The translations under genes were made by a program, and so were the position numbers. A stretch of DNA of 64,000 nt, taken from NCBI RefSeq assembly GCF_039939415.1, contig NZ_JBDVJE010000071.1, forward strand, positions 6,182 to 70,181. The letters run 5' to 3'. Every line of letters starts with the position of its first letter. The stretch's first letter is position 1. A model generated the notes under the pieces. It worked only from the letters and a program-made list of their open reading frames with translations. It ran no database searches and was not told where the DNA came from. Below are positions 51,142 through 60,030 of the stretch, one piece after another. This DNA is from Polaribacter sp. GTDB lineage: Bacteria > Bacteroidota > Bacteroidia > Flavobacteriales > Flavobacteriaceae.

Positions 51142-52590
51142 ATGTCAAAATATACAGAAGACGATTTAGAAAAAGAATTAGAAACCCAAGAATATAAATA
51201 CGGTTTTTATACAGATATAGAAAGTGATACATTTCCTGTTGGTTTAAACGAAGATGTTGTAAGAGCAATTTCTAAAAAGAAAAACGAGCCAGAATGGATG
51301 ACTGAATGGCGTTTAGAAGCTTTTAGAGTTTGGGAACAAATGGAAGAACCAGAATGGGCAAATGTGCATTATGAGAAACCAAAATTTCAAGACATTGCTT
51401 ACTATTCTGCTCCAAAAGCAAAACCAAAATTAAACTCTTTAGATGAAGTTGATCCAGAATTATTGGACACTTTTAAGCGTTTAGGAATTTCTTTAGACGA
51501 ACAAAAAAAATTAGCCAATGTTGCTGTAGATATTGTTATGGATTCTATTTCTGTAGCGACTACTTTTAAGAAAACATTAGGTGAAAAAGGTATTATCTTT
51601 ATGCCTATTTCTGAAGCAATTCAAGAACACCCAGAATTGGTTAAAAAATATTTAGGAACTGTTGTACCAACAAAAGACAACTTTTATGCAGCATTAAATT
51701 CGGCAGTTTTTTCTGATGGATCTTTCTGTTACATTCCAAAAGGCGTAAAATGTCCAATGGAATTATCAACATACTTTAGAATTAACGAAGGAGGAACAGG
51801 ACAATTTGAAAGAACACTAGTTGTTGCAGACAAAGGAAGTTACGTTTCTTATTTAGAAGGTTGTACAGCACCAAGTAGAGATGAAAATCAATTACACGCA
51901 GCTGTTGTAGAATTAATTGCAATGGATGATGCAGAAATTAAATATTCTACTGTACAAAACTGGTATCCTGGTAATAAAGAAGGAAAAGGTGGAGTTTACA
52001 ATTTTGTAACCAAAAGAGGTTTGTGTGAGAAAAACGCAAAAATTTCTTGGACGCAAGTAGAAACTGGTTCTGCAGTTACTTGGAAATATCCTTCTTGTAT
52101 ATTAAAAGGAGATAATTCTGTTGGTGAATTTTACTCAATTGCAGTAACAAACAACTACCAACAAGCAGATACAGGTACAAAAATGATACACTTGGGTAAA
52201 AACACCAAGTCAACTATAATTTCTAAAGGTATTTCTGCAGGAAAATCTCAAAACTCTTATAGAGGATTAGTTCAGATAAATTCTAGAGCAGAAAACGCTC
52301 GTAATTTCTCTCAATGTGATTCTTTGTTAATGGGTAATGAATGTGGAGCACACACTTTCCCTTATATAGAAACTAAAAATAAATCTGCACAAATAGAACA
52401 CGAAGCAACTACAAGTAAAATTGGTGAAGACCAATTATTTTACTGTAATCAACGTGGAATTGATACAGAAAAAGCAATTGCACTAATTGTAAACGGATTT
52501 AGTAAAGAGGTTTTAAATAAACTTCCTATGGAATTTGCTGTAGAAGCTCAAAAATTATTAGAAATTAGTTTAGAAGGCTCTGTAGGATAA
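51142..52590 (+). CDS. sufB: Fe-S assembly protein SufB
   Basis: [29 protein letters not shown]. Confidence 0.97.
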   Translation: MSKYTEDDLEKELETQEYKYGFYTDIESDTFPVGLNEDVVRAISKKKNEPEWMTEWRLEAFRVWEQMEEPEWANVHYEKPKFQDIAYYSAPKAKPKLNSLDEVDPELLDTFKRLGISLDEQKKLANVAVDIVMDSISVATTFKKTLGEKGIIFMPISEAIQEHPELVKKYLGTVVPTKDNFYAALNSAVFSDGSFCYIPKGVKCPMELSTYFRINEGGTGQFERTLVVADKGSYVSYLEGCTAPSRDENQLHAAVVELIAMDDAEIKYSTVQNWYPGNKEGKGGVYNFVTKRGLCEKNAKISWTQVETGSAVTWKYPSCILKGDNSVGEFYSIAVTNNYQQADTGTKMIHLGKNTKSTIISKGISAGKSQNSYRGLVQINSRAENARNFSQCDSLLMGNECGAHTFPYIETKNKSAQIEHEATTSKIGEDQLFYCNQRGIDTEKAIALIVNGFSKEVLNKLPMEFAVEAQKLLEISLEGSVG

Positions 52591-52636
52591 ACAGACATTC
52601 ACCAACTAAAAAAGTATATCAACAATAAAATAATGC

Positions 52637-52664
52637 TGATAGCCAAAAGCTAAAAGCCAATAGC
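52637..52664 (+). repeat. Degenerate heptamer array before sufC
   Basis: TGATAGC-CAAAAGC-TAAAAGC-CAATAGC. Confidence 0.7.
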
Positions 52665-52673
52665 ATAAACAAG

Positions 52674-53426
52674 ATGTTAAAAATAGAAAACTTAAAGGCA
52701 GAAATAGAAGGAAAATCAATCTTAAAAGGATTGAATTTAGAAGTAAAAGCTGGTGAAGTACATGCAATTATGGGACCAAATGGTGCTGGTAAAAGTACAA
52801 TGGCTTCTGTTATTGCGGGTAAAGAAGAATATGAAGTTACTGATGGAACTATTGAATTAAATGGTGAAGATATTAGTGAACTTGCACCAGAAGAAAGAGC
52901 ACATAATGGTGTGTTTTTATCTTTTCAATATCCTGTAGAAATTCCTGGAGTTTCTGTAACTAACTTCATTAAAACTGCTATTAACGAAACTCGTAAAGCA
53001 AAAGGTTTAGAAGATATGCCTGCAAAAGACATGTTAAAAATGATTCGTGAAAAATCTGAATTGTTAGAAATAGACCGCAAATTCTTATCTAGATCTTTAA
53101 ACGAAGGGTTTTCTGGAGGAGAAAAGAAACGTAATGAAATTTTTCAAATGGCAATGTTAGAACCAAAATTAGCCATCTTAGATGAAACGGATTCTGGTTT
53201 AGATATTGATGCTTTGCGTATTGTTGCAAATGGTGTAAATAAATTAAAATCTAAAGACAATGCAGTAATTGTAATTACACATTACCAACGTTTATTAGAT
53301 TATATAGTACCTGATTTTGTACACGTTTTACATGATGGTAAAATTGTAAAGTCTGGTGATGCTTCTTTGGCTTTAGAATTAGAAGCAAAAGGTTATGATT
53401 GGATTAAGCAAGAACTTGTAAAATAA
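52674..53426 (+). CDS. sufC: Fe-S assembly ATPase SufC
   Basis: GPNGAGKST, FSGGEKKRNE, LDETDSGLD. Confidence 0.97.
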   Translation: MLKIENLKAEIEGKSILKGLNLEVKAGEVHAIMGPNGAGKSTMASVIAGKEEYEVTDGTIELNGEDISELAPEERAHNGVFLSFQYPVEIPGVSVTNFIKTAINETRKAKGLEDMPAKDMLKMIREKSELLEIDRKFLSRSLNEGFSGGEKKRNEIFQMAMLEPKLAILDETDSGLDIDALRIVANGVNKLKSKDNAVIVITHYQRLLDYIVPDFVHVLHDGKIVKSGDASLALELEAKGYDWIKQELVK

Positions 53427-53427
53427 G

Positions 53428-53562
53428 TTTGCAGTAAAATCAGTAGCAGAATACAGTGAGCAACTGTGTGAAAATTAGTTAAGAATAAAAAAATAATCAG
53501 TCATCAATAGTTATATGAAAATTCATAAACTATTAACTGAAGACTGAAGACTGAAGACTGAA
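53428..53562. repeat. CAGT array facing ACTGAAG heptamer array in sufC-sufD spacer
   Basis: CAGT at 53432, 53441, 53454; ACTGAAG x3 + ACTGAA at 53536-53562. Confidence 0.75.
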
Positions 53563-53565
53563 ATA

Positions 53566-54879
53566 ATGGAATTAAAAGATAAATTATTATCATCATATGT
53601 AGCTTTTGAAAATCGTGTAGATACAAATACTGATGTACATGAAATTCGTTCTAAAGCGCTTAAAAGTTTCGAAGATTTAGGATTTCCTACAAAGAAATTA
53701 GAAGCTTGGAAATACACTTCTTTAAACTCAGTTTTAAAAGAAGATTACAGTTTATTTCCTAACAAAGGTGTTGCTGTAGAATTAGCAGATGTAAAAAAGT
53801 ATTTTATACATGATATAGACACTTACAAAGTTGTTTTTATTGATGGAAAATATAGCCCGTTTTTATCTGAAACTACACATGAAAATATTGATGTGTGTTT
53901 AATGTCTGCTGCATTAAGTAAACCAAAATACAAAGCTGTAATTGATAACTACTTTAATAAAATAGCAAAACAAGACAATTTAACATCGTTAAATACGGCA
54001 TTTGCAACAGAAGGAGCTTACATAAATATTCCTAGAAATATTGAAGTAGAAAAGCCAATTCAAATTATAAATTTTACAACAGGTTCTGAGGCTGCAACAA
54101 TGTTGCAACCAAGAAATTTAATTGTTGTTGGCGAAAATTCTCATGTACAAATTATAGAACGTCATCAAAGTTTAACAAGTAATCCTGTTTTAACAAATGC
54201 GGTTACAGAAATATTTGCTGATAAAAGAGCTTTTGTAGACTATTACAAAATTCAGAATGATGATATTAAAGCTTCTTTAGTTGATAATTCTTATGTAGAA
54301 CAACAGTCTAATAGTGTGGTTTCTGTACATACTTTTTCTTTTGGAGGAAATATTACTAGAAACAACTTAAACTTCTTTCAAAAAGGAGAATACATAGATT
54401 CTATTTTAAAAGGAATTACAATTAGCGAAGGAAAGCAACATATAGATCATCACACTTTAGTGCATCATATTACACCAAATTGTGAATCTCATCAAGATTA
54501 TAAAGGGATTTATGATGATAAATCTACAGCTGTTTTTAACGGTAAAGTAATTGTTGAAAAAGAAGCTCAGAAAACAAATGCTTATCAGCAAAACAATAAT
54601 GTTTTAATGAGTGACAAAGCAACAATTAACGCTAAACCTCAACTAGAAATTTTTGCAGATGATGTAAAATGTTCTCACGGTTGTACTATTGGTCAGTTAG
54701 ATGATAATGCTTTATTTTACATGCAACAACGTGGAATTCCGAAAAAAGAAGGGAAAGCATTATTAATGTTTGCTTTTGCAAATACAGTTTTAGAAAGCGT
54801 TAAAATACCAGAGGTAAAGTCTAGAATTACAAAAATAATTGCCAAAAAATTAGGTGTAGATATTGGTTTCGATCTTTAG
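53566..54879 (+). CDS. sufD: Fe-S assembly protein SufD
   Basis: EAWKYT, KPQLEIFADDVKCSHG. Confidence 0.96.
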   Translation: MELKDKLLSSYVAFENRVDTNTDVHEIRSKALKSFEDLGFPTKKLEAWKYTSLNSVLKEDYSLFPNKGVAVELADVKKYFIHDIDTYKVVFIDGKYSPFLSETTHENIDVCLMSAALSKPKYKAVIDNYFNKIAKQDNLTSLNTAFATEGAYINIPRNIEVEKPIQIINFTTGSEAATMLQPRNLIVVGENSHVQIIERHQSLTSNPVLTNAVTEIFADKRAFVDYYKIQNDDIKASLVDNSYVEQQSNSVVSVHTFSFGGNITRNNLNFFQKGEYIDSILKGITISEGKQHIDHHTLVHHITPNCESHQDYKGIYDDKSTAVFNGKVIVEKEAQKTNAYQQNNNVLMSDKATINAKPQLEIFADDVKCSHGCTIGQLDDNALFYMQQRGIPKKEGKALLMFAFANTVLESVKIPEVKSRITKIIAKKLGVDIGFDL

Positions 54880-54896
54880 AAACATTTACTTATATA

Positions 54897-54933
54897 AAAC
54901 ATAAAACCACGCTAAAAGCGTGGTTTTATGTTT
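54897..54933. terminator. Bidirectional terminator between sufD and TPR gene
   Basis: AAACATAAAACCACGCT-AAA-AGCGTGGTTTTATGTTT perfect 17-bp stem. Confidence 0.85.
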
Positions 54934-54939
54934 ATAGCA

Positions 54940-55464
54940 TTATTTTTTCTTCTCCTTGTTTTTAGATAATTTTACTTTCTTTTTTTTAGGCATTTTCTCT
55001 TTAATACGATCTTTTTCTATATTAATATCAGCCATAAAATCTGTATTATAAGCATACTCTTTTGCCTTTTTTATAAAAGTTAGTGCATCTTTATACTCTT
55101 TTAACTGTTCAAACAAAATGGCTTTCTTTAAATATAAAACACCTTTGTCTGATCCTTTTATGGTTAATGCAAAATCGATAAACTCATCTACTTCTTTAAA
55201 ATCTTCATTCCATAAAAGTGTATTTATATACGGTATATATACTTCAAAGGCATGAATGTTTTCTGCTAAAGCTTGTTTAAAATAAACAATTGCTTCTTCA
55301 TATTTATATAACTTTTCTGAATGTACTCTTCCCATTAAAGTTAAAGCCATTGTGTTTTTTTCATCATAAGACAAGGCATAATTCAATGCTTCCATTACTT
55401 CTTCTAAATCGTAAGGATAGTTTTCTAATGCTTTAAACACGTAGTTGTTTACTAATGTTCCCAT
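54940..55464 (-). CDS. TPR protein; probable start 55464
   Basis: Helical repeats (ALNYALSYD, AIVYFKQAL, KDALTFIKKA); upstream ATG at 55491 lies inside a REP palindrome. Confidence 0.75.
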   Translation of the reverse strand: MGTLVNNYVFKALENYPYDLEEVMEALNYALSYDEKNTMALTLMGRVHSEKLYKYEEAIVYFKQALAENIHAFEVYIPYINTLLWNEDFKEVDEFIDFALTIKGSDKGVLYLKKAILFEQLKEYKDALTFIKKAKEYAYNTDFMADINIEKDRIKEKMPKKKKVKLSKNKEKKK

Positions 55465-55485
55465 TTTGTTTTTGCTTTTTACGTT

Positions 55486-55544
55486 TGTCATTTCGAGCGA
55501 AGTCGAGAAATCTCAAAGACCTTTCGACTTCGCTCAAGGTGACA
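55486..55544. repeat. REP-like palindrome
   Basis: TGTCA..GAGCGAAGTCGA-GAAATCT..-TCGACTTCGCTC..TGACA. Confidence 0.85.
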
Positions 55545-55553
55545 TTCGTGCTA

Positions 55554-56243
55554 TTATTCTAATTGTTTTCGTAAATCATTTTTTAATTGATTTCTCTTAT
55601 TCTTAAATGATTTACTTTTTTTAATTTGTTTAAAATCACTTCCTGTAAAAACTCTAATAGGATTTCCTCTTTCTAATTTTTGATGATTTTCCCATTGATT
55701 TTTTAACTGCTCTTTTGCTTGGTCTACATTAAAATTGATAACCTTTTCTTGTAATCTTTTAATCGCTATTTTTTTATTTTGATGTTGAGATCTGCTATCC
55801 ATAACCAACACTTGTAAACCTGTTGTATGTTTTGCTCTTATTGCAGAACTTACTTTGTTTACATGCTGACCTCCTGCTCCTGAACTTCTTATTGCTTGAA
55901 ATTGAATTTCATTTTCATTGATTTGTATTGTTGATGAATCTTGAATTTCAAAACAGCCAATAAACCAGTTTTTACGTTTGTGTAATTTTCTAAATGTTGA
56001 TATACCAATCCATTGAATTGTACCCAACCAATTTGTTAAAAAATCAGCAAGATGGTTTCCTTTTAATTGTATGCTTACAGATTGCACTGTGCCATTTTGG
56101 AGTCCGTTTTCTTTATGAAGAATTGTATACTCAACCTTATTGGTTATCAATTCTTTTAGAAATATTTTTAACACTTTTGCAACTACAAAGGCACATTCTA
56201 AAGGTCCTTTTCCTGCTGATATTTGTATTATTTTAGTTTTCAT
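55554..56243 (-). CDS. prfH: Peptide chain release factor H
   Basis: QISAGKGPLEC, GTIQWIG.S.FR..HKRKNWF, SGAGGQHVNK; directly after rtcB. Confidence 0.93.
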   Translation of the reverse strand: MKTKIIQISAGKGPLECAFVVAKVLKIFLKELITNKVEYTILHKENGLQNGTVQSVSIQLKGNHLADFLTNWLGTIQWIGISTFRKLHKRKNWFIGCFEIQDSSTIQINENEIQFQAIRSSGAGGQHVNKVSSAIRAKHTTGLQVLVMDSRSQHQNKKIAIKRLQEKVINFNVDQAKEQLKNQWENHQKLERGNPIRVFTGSDFKQIKKSKSFKNKRNQLKNDLRKQLE

Positions 56244-56261
56244 TTTTAAATGTTCTTTTTA

Positions 56262-56341
56262 CTGTTATTTTGACTTTATGGAGAAATCTTATTATTTAAA
56301 AAAGATTTTTCGACTTCACCTTGTTTCGCTCAAAATGACAG
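56262..56341. repeat. Degenerate REP-like palindrome
   Basis: CTGTTATTTTGA..GAGAAATCT..AGATTTTTCGACTTC..TCGCTCAAAATGACAG. Confidence 0.7.
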
Positions 56342-56358
56342 ATTTATTTTAATTTGCT

Positions 56359-56436
56359 TGCGTTAAGGATTGAAACGACATCCTTTTTGCTTTTTCTGCA
56401 AAAAGATATAGTGTAAAGCCTGTTAAAACGCCCAAA
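56359..56436 (+). ncRNA. Dispersed structured element, copy 3 (Flavo-1-like)
   Basis: TGCGTTAAGGATTGAAA..ATCCTTTT..AAAAGATATAGTGTAAAGCC..AACGCCCAAA. Confidence 0.6.
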
Positions 56437-56438
56437 TA

Positions 56439-57830
56439 CTAGGTATCCATTCTTACAATTTTTGGTGTAAATGTGCCTAACACTTCTACCAATTCTTGCT
56501 GATTTGCCATCACTTTTTTGATGTTTTTGTAAGCCATTGGTGCTTCATCAATTCCACCTCCAATAAGTGTAACATCGTTTATTTTTAGTTGATGTTTTAC
56601 ATCACTTTTTGTGAATTTTTCTTTACACTTTCTACGAGAATGCTTTCTACCTGCTCCATGAGAAGCTGATTGCAAACTTTCTTGATTTCCTAAACCACGA
56701 ACTATAAAACCTGGAGCTGTCATAGAACCTGGAATAATACCCAACGTGTTTTTTTGTGCTGGAGTTGCTCCTTTTCTATGCACAATACACTCTTTGCCAT
56801 TTACAGTTTCTTTCCACGCAAAATTGTGATGATTCTCTATTTTCACAATTGGTTTCGCACCCAATTCTTTGGCAATTCTATCGTGAATATTATCATGACA
56901 AGCTTTAGCATAATCGCCAGCTAAATTCATTGCCAACCAATATTCTTGTCCATCATGCGTGTTTAAATCTAACCAAGCCAAATGCTGTACATTTTTTGGT
57001 AAATGACATTGTTTTGTTGCCAAATACGTGTAATGTTTTGCAATATTTGCACCTAAACCTCTAGAACCACTATGTGATAAAACACCAATATAATCACCAA
57101 TTTTTAATCCAAATTCATTGTTTTCTTCTGTAATTGAAACTGTACCAAATTCTACAAAATGATTTCCGCTACCAGAAGTTCCTAATTGTTTATACGCTTT
57201 GTCTTTTAAGCGTTTTATTAGCGGAATTTCTGTAAACTCATCTCTATAAAATATTTCATGATCTTGTTTTTTATCGTGCGTTTCTCGCATTCCGAATTTT
57301 GTGTGATTCTTTAAAATATTTTCATATTGATGTTGTTTTCCTTTTAAAAAAGAAACTGGAATCGGGTAAATTGTTAAACACATTCTACAACCAATATCTA
57401 CACCTACTCCATAAGGAATTACTGCATTTTCTGTGGCTAAAACTCCGCCAATTGGCAAACCATAACCATAATGTGCATCTGGCATTAAAGCTCCTTGCAC
57501 AGCAATTGGTAATTTTAATGCATCGTACAATTGAAACTTTGCTTGTTCATCTATTTCATTTTCGCCATAAATAGAAAATGGAACTCTTGTATTTTTTAAT
57601 TGATGCATTTTTACTTCTACAGGTTTTACTAAACCTTCTGCAACTTTACCCCAAATGGCATTTCCTTGAAACTTTTCTGGTGCTAAAAGCACTTCTTTTG
57701 CTTCTTCTAAAATGCGTTCTTTCTTTTCTCTTTTTCTGTATCTATTAATTTGCCCTAATGCAATATTGATACTATTATTCTTTGGAAAGCCTAATTTAAT
57801 TAGGTCTTTTCCTTTTAATTTATTTCCCAT
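56439..57830 (-). CDS. rtcB: RtcB family RNA ligase (RtcB2 type, PrfH-linked)
   Basis: PDAH, VDIGCRM, GSGNHF, SHSGSRG, NHHNFA, SHGAGR. Confidence 0.95.
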   Translation of the reverse strand: MGNKLKGKDLIKLGFPKNNSINIALGQINRYRKREKKERILEEAKEVLLAPEKFQGNAIWGKVAEGLVKPVEVKMHQLKNTRVPFSIYGENEIDEQAKFQLYDALKLPIAVQGALMPDAHYGYGLPIGGVLATENAVIPYGVGVDIGCRMCLTIYPIPVSFLKGKQHQYENILKNHTKFGMRETHDKKQDHEIFYRDEFTEIPLIKRLKDKAYKQLGTSGSGNHFVEFGTVSITEENNEFGLKIGDYIGVLSHSGSRGLGANIAKHYTYLATKQCHLPKNVQHLAWLDLNTHDGQEYWLAMNLAGDYAKACHDNIHDRIAKELGAKPIVKIENHHNFAWKETVNGKECIVHRKGATPAQKNTLGIIPGSMTAPGFIVRGLGNQESLQSASHGAGRKHSRRKCKEKFTKSDVKHQLKINDVTLIGGGIDEAPMAYKNIKKVMANQQELVEVLGTFTPKIVRMDT

Positions 57831-57884
57831 GATATTTTATCTTTTATTAAGAGAAGATGATATTTACTCTTATCACCTTCTCTT

Positions 57885-59240
57885 TTATTTACTTAACAGG
57901 ATTGCTTTGATAATGAAAAATATAATCCAAAAAACGATTCTTACTATTGTATCGAAATTTTCATCTGTATTTACATGATTAGCATTTTCAATTGCTGCTC
58001 CATTCATATAATTTTCATATTCTACAACATCATAACTTCCCTTTATTTGTGAATTATTAACCCACAAATCTATCATCTGTATAGATTTTTCATTTGGTTC
58101 TTCATTAAACTTGGCTTTTGCTTCAATAATTTTCTTTTCACTTAAACCAACTTCAATAGTTGCCAAACGTTCTGTCAATTTATTTTCAGAAACTCTTTGT
58201 AAAGAAAAAATTGTACTTACACCTTCACTACAATCTTCATCGTATTCTGCAACACAGTGATGCATTGCATTACCTTCATCAAAAAGAGCTATAGAGTTTA
58301 ATAATTCAACTGTTTTATATACTACCTTCTTCCCATTTTCTGTTTTTTCTTGATATAAGGGTGTAATTCCAGAAGCTTCCCATCTTAATATTTCACCAAT
58401 ATTACTCGCATACACATTCTTCTCCCATTCTAAAGCTTGTTGTAACAATGCTCTTTGCTTTCTATTTTTCATAGAGAACTTTTTATTTTCTCTATACTTA
58501 AACATTAAAAACTCCAAGATTTTGTCCAACTCTTTTCCATCTATATTCGTTTCTTTTGAAAAAAAATGAACTACGGTTTCCCAGAACTTTTCTTCGCTTT
58601 CATTAATATTAGATAGTTTAGAAAAACCAATAAGTTTAGCCGTTTTAAAAGAAGCTCCAAAACCTAAGGCTTGCACAAAACGTAATGTTTGATTCGGTTC
58701 AAAATAGTTAGGAGCATTTTTAAATTCGTGAGCCATTTTACTAGTTAAACGTATTGGCATTTGAGACAATTCTTTTACACTTTTACCTTTACCCAATTGT
58801 AAATACCAAAGCATAAATTTTTTATCGACTTCAAAAAAAGTGTTTTCTAAAAATACTGGTGTTTCATAAATAGCAAAACTATGTCTAATTAAAGATCTTA
58901 ATTGCTCTTCTTTGTCAAAACCTTTACGCTCCCAACTTTCTATATTTCTAACCAATTGATTACCAAAAGAACTAATATTGTGTAAAACTTCTACACTTTT
59001 ATAATCTCTAAGCAAACCATAACATTTTTGATTGTATGCATGGATTAATAACCTTTTAAAAGTTGCTCTTTTCCATATGTATTTCTTCTTACTTGTTTTT
59101 CCAAAAAACTCAAGAAGCATCGTTTCTATAGTACCTTTATAACGTGTTGATTTGTTATTTGATTTATCTATTTTCTCAACAAGTTTTAAAAAACTATTTT
59201 CACGGATATTTATATTTTGTGTTTTCCAATTTGTTTTCAT
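57885..59240 (-). CDS. PcfJ domain-containing protein
   Basis: C-terminal LFDEGNAMHHCVAEY..CSEG.STIFSL..LATIEV..AKAKFN typical of PcfJ. Confidence 0.8.
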   Translation of the reverse strand: MKTNWKTQNINIRENSFLKLVEKIDKSNNKSTRYKGTIETMLLEFFGKTSKKKYIWKRATFKRLLIHAYNQKCYGLLRDYKSVEVLHNISSFGNQLVRNIESWERKGFDKEEQLRSLIRHSFAIYETPVFLENTFFEVDKKFMLWYLQLGKGKSVKELSQMPIRLTSKMAHEFKNAPNYFEPNQTLRFVQALGFGASFKTAKLIGFSKLSNINESEEKFWETVVHFFSKETNIDGKELDKILEFLMFKYRENKKFSMKNRKQRALLQQALEWEKNVYASNIGEILRWEASGITPLYQEKTENGKKVVYKTVELLNSIALFDEGNAMHHCVAEYDEDCSEGVSTIFSLQRVSENKLTERLATIEVGLSEKKIIEAKAKFNEEPNEKSIQMIDLWVNNSQIKGSYDVVEYENYMNGAAIENANHVNTDENFDTIVRIVFWIIFFIIKAILLSK

Positions 59241-59448
59241 TTTAAAGTTCTTTACTAGATTATTGCCTACGTAAAGCCACTTAACATCTAAGCCAATTTT
59301 TATTGACCTCTTAATTTTGGCAAATACTTATTCATTCAGAAAACTCGTGATAATTGTGAGCATCTGTTTGTAAATTCCATTTATAACAATGAAATTCTCA
59401 AATTTCTGATTTTCAAAATTTTACTTAAACTACTTTTTGGAAAGGCAT

Positions 59449-59481
59449 AAAAAAAATCCGAAACTTTAATTTAGCTTCGGA
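59449..59481 (-). terminator. Attenuator terminator in leader of pcfJ-rtcB-prfH operon
   Basis: Minus strand TCCGAAGC-N9-GTTTCGGA-T8, lying between promoter and first gene. Confidence 0.8.
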
Positions 59482-59505
59482 CTTTTCATATATAATAGCA
59501 TATAA

Positions 59506-59592
59506 CTATTTGTAATGTTGAAAGTCGCGAAGTAAACAATAAAAAGAACCTAGTTCTCTTTGTATGTTTTTTGTTAATTGATGATTGAACAT
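59506..59592 (-). CDS. Putative leader peptide (28 aa)
   Basis: MFNHQLTKNIQRELGSFYCLLRDFQHYK*, between promoter and terminator; its LRDF codons are complementary to the terminator 5' arm. Confidence 0.6.
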   Translation of the reverse strand: MFNHQLTKNIQRELGSFYCLLRDFQHYK

Positions 59593-59649
59593 TGTACTTC
59601 GTTGTTTATGCTGAATTATTTCAGCAATTTTTGTTGCTTTATTGCGATG

Positions 59650-59681
59650 CAAACCTAAAACAGATTTTTGAATTACACAAA
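59650..59681 (-). promoter_or_regulatory. Bacteroidetes primary-sigma promoter of RtcB operon
   Basis: TTTG (59678-59681), 20-nt spacer, TAGGTTTG (59650-59657) on minus strand. Confidence 0.75.
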
Positions 59682-59856
59682 TAAAATTTTAAATTAACTT
59701 AATGATTATCAGGTTTTTATATTATTTTTAGACAATAAAATACCTGTCCGCTTTTAAGCAGAAATAGTGAGTTTAGATAACTCTTTGAAGTTGTGATATG
59801 TAACTAAAAACTACACTTTGATTTGGCATTTATTAATTTTTGAAAAAAATTATAAA

Positions 59857-59890
59857 AAAAACGTCCAAAAAATGAATTTTGGACGTTTTT
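59857..59890 (-). terminator. Terminator after serine hydrolase
   Basis: AAAAACGTCCAAAA...TTTTGGACGTTTTT. Confidence 0.8.
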
Positions 59891-60030
59891 ACTATTTTAT
59901 TTAAAGTTACTTACTAGAATATATACTTCAATAGTCGCAAAAAGCGTCCGTTTTTTATGTGATTTCTATATATATTCATTCGTTTAATCCTTTTTTATTA
60001 TCTTATTTTGAGTTGCAAAGATGCAAAAAA

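Noticed and set aside
53427-53565. CRISPR array or phase-variable SSR
   Set aside because: Repeats are 7 nt with no spacers, no cas genes are present, and the tract is intergenic
2172-59481. Similar stems (A8-TCCGAAA) in terminators at 2172 and 59449
   Set aside because: Short match with different loops; expected convergence of terminators
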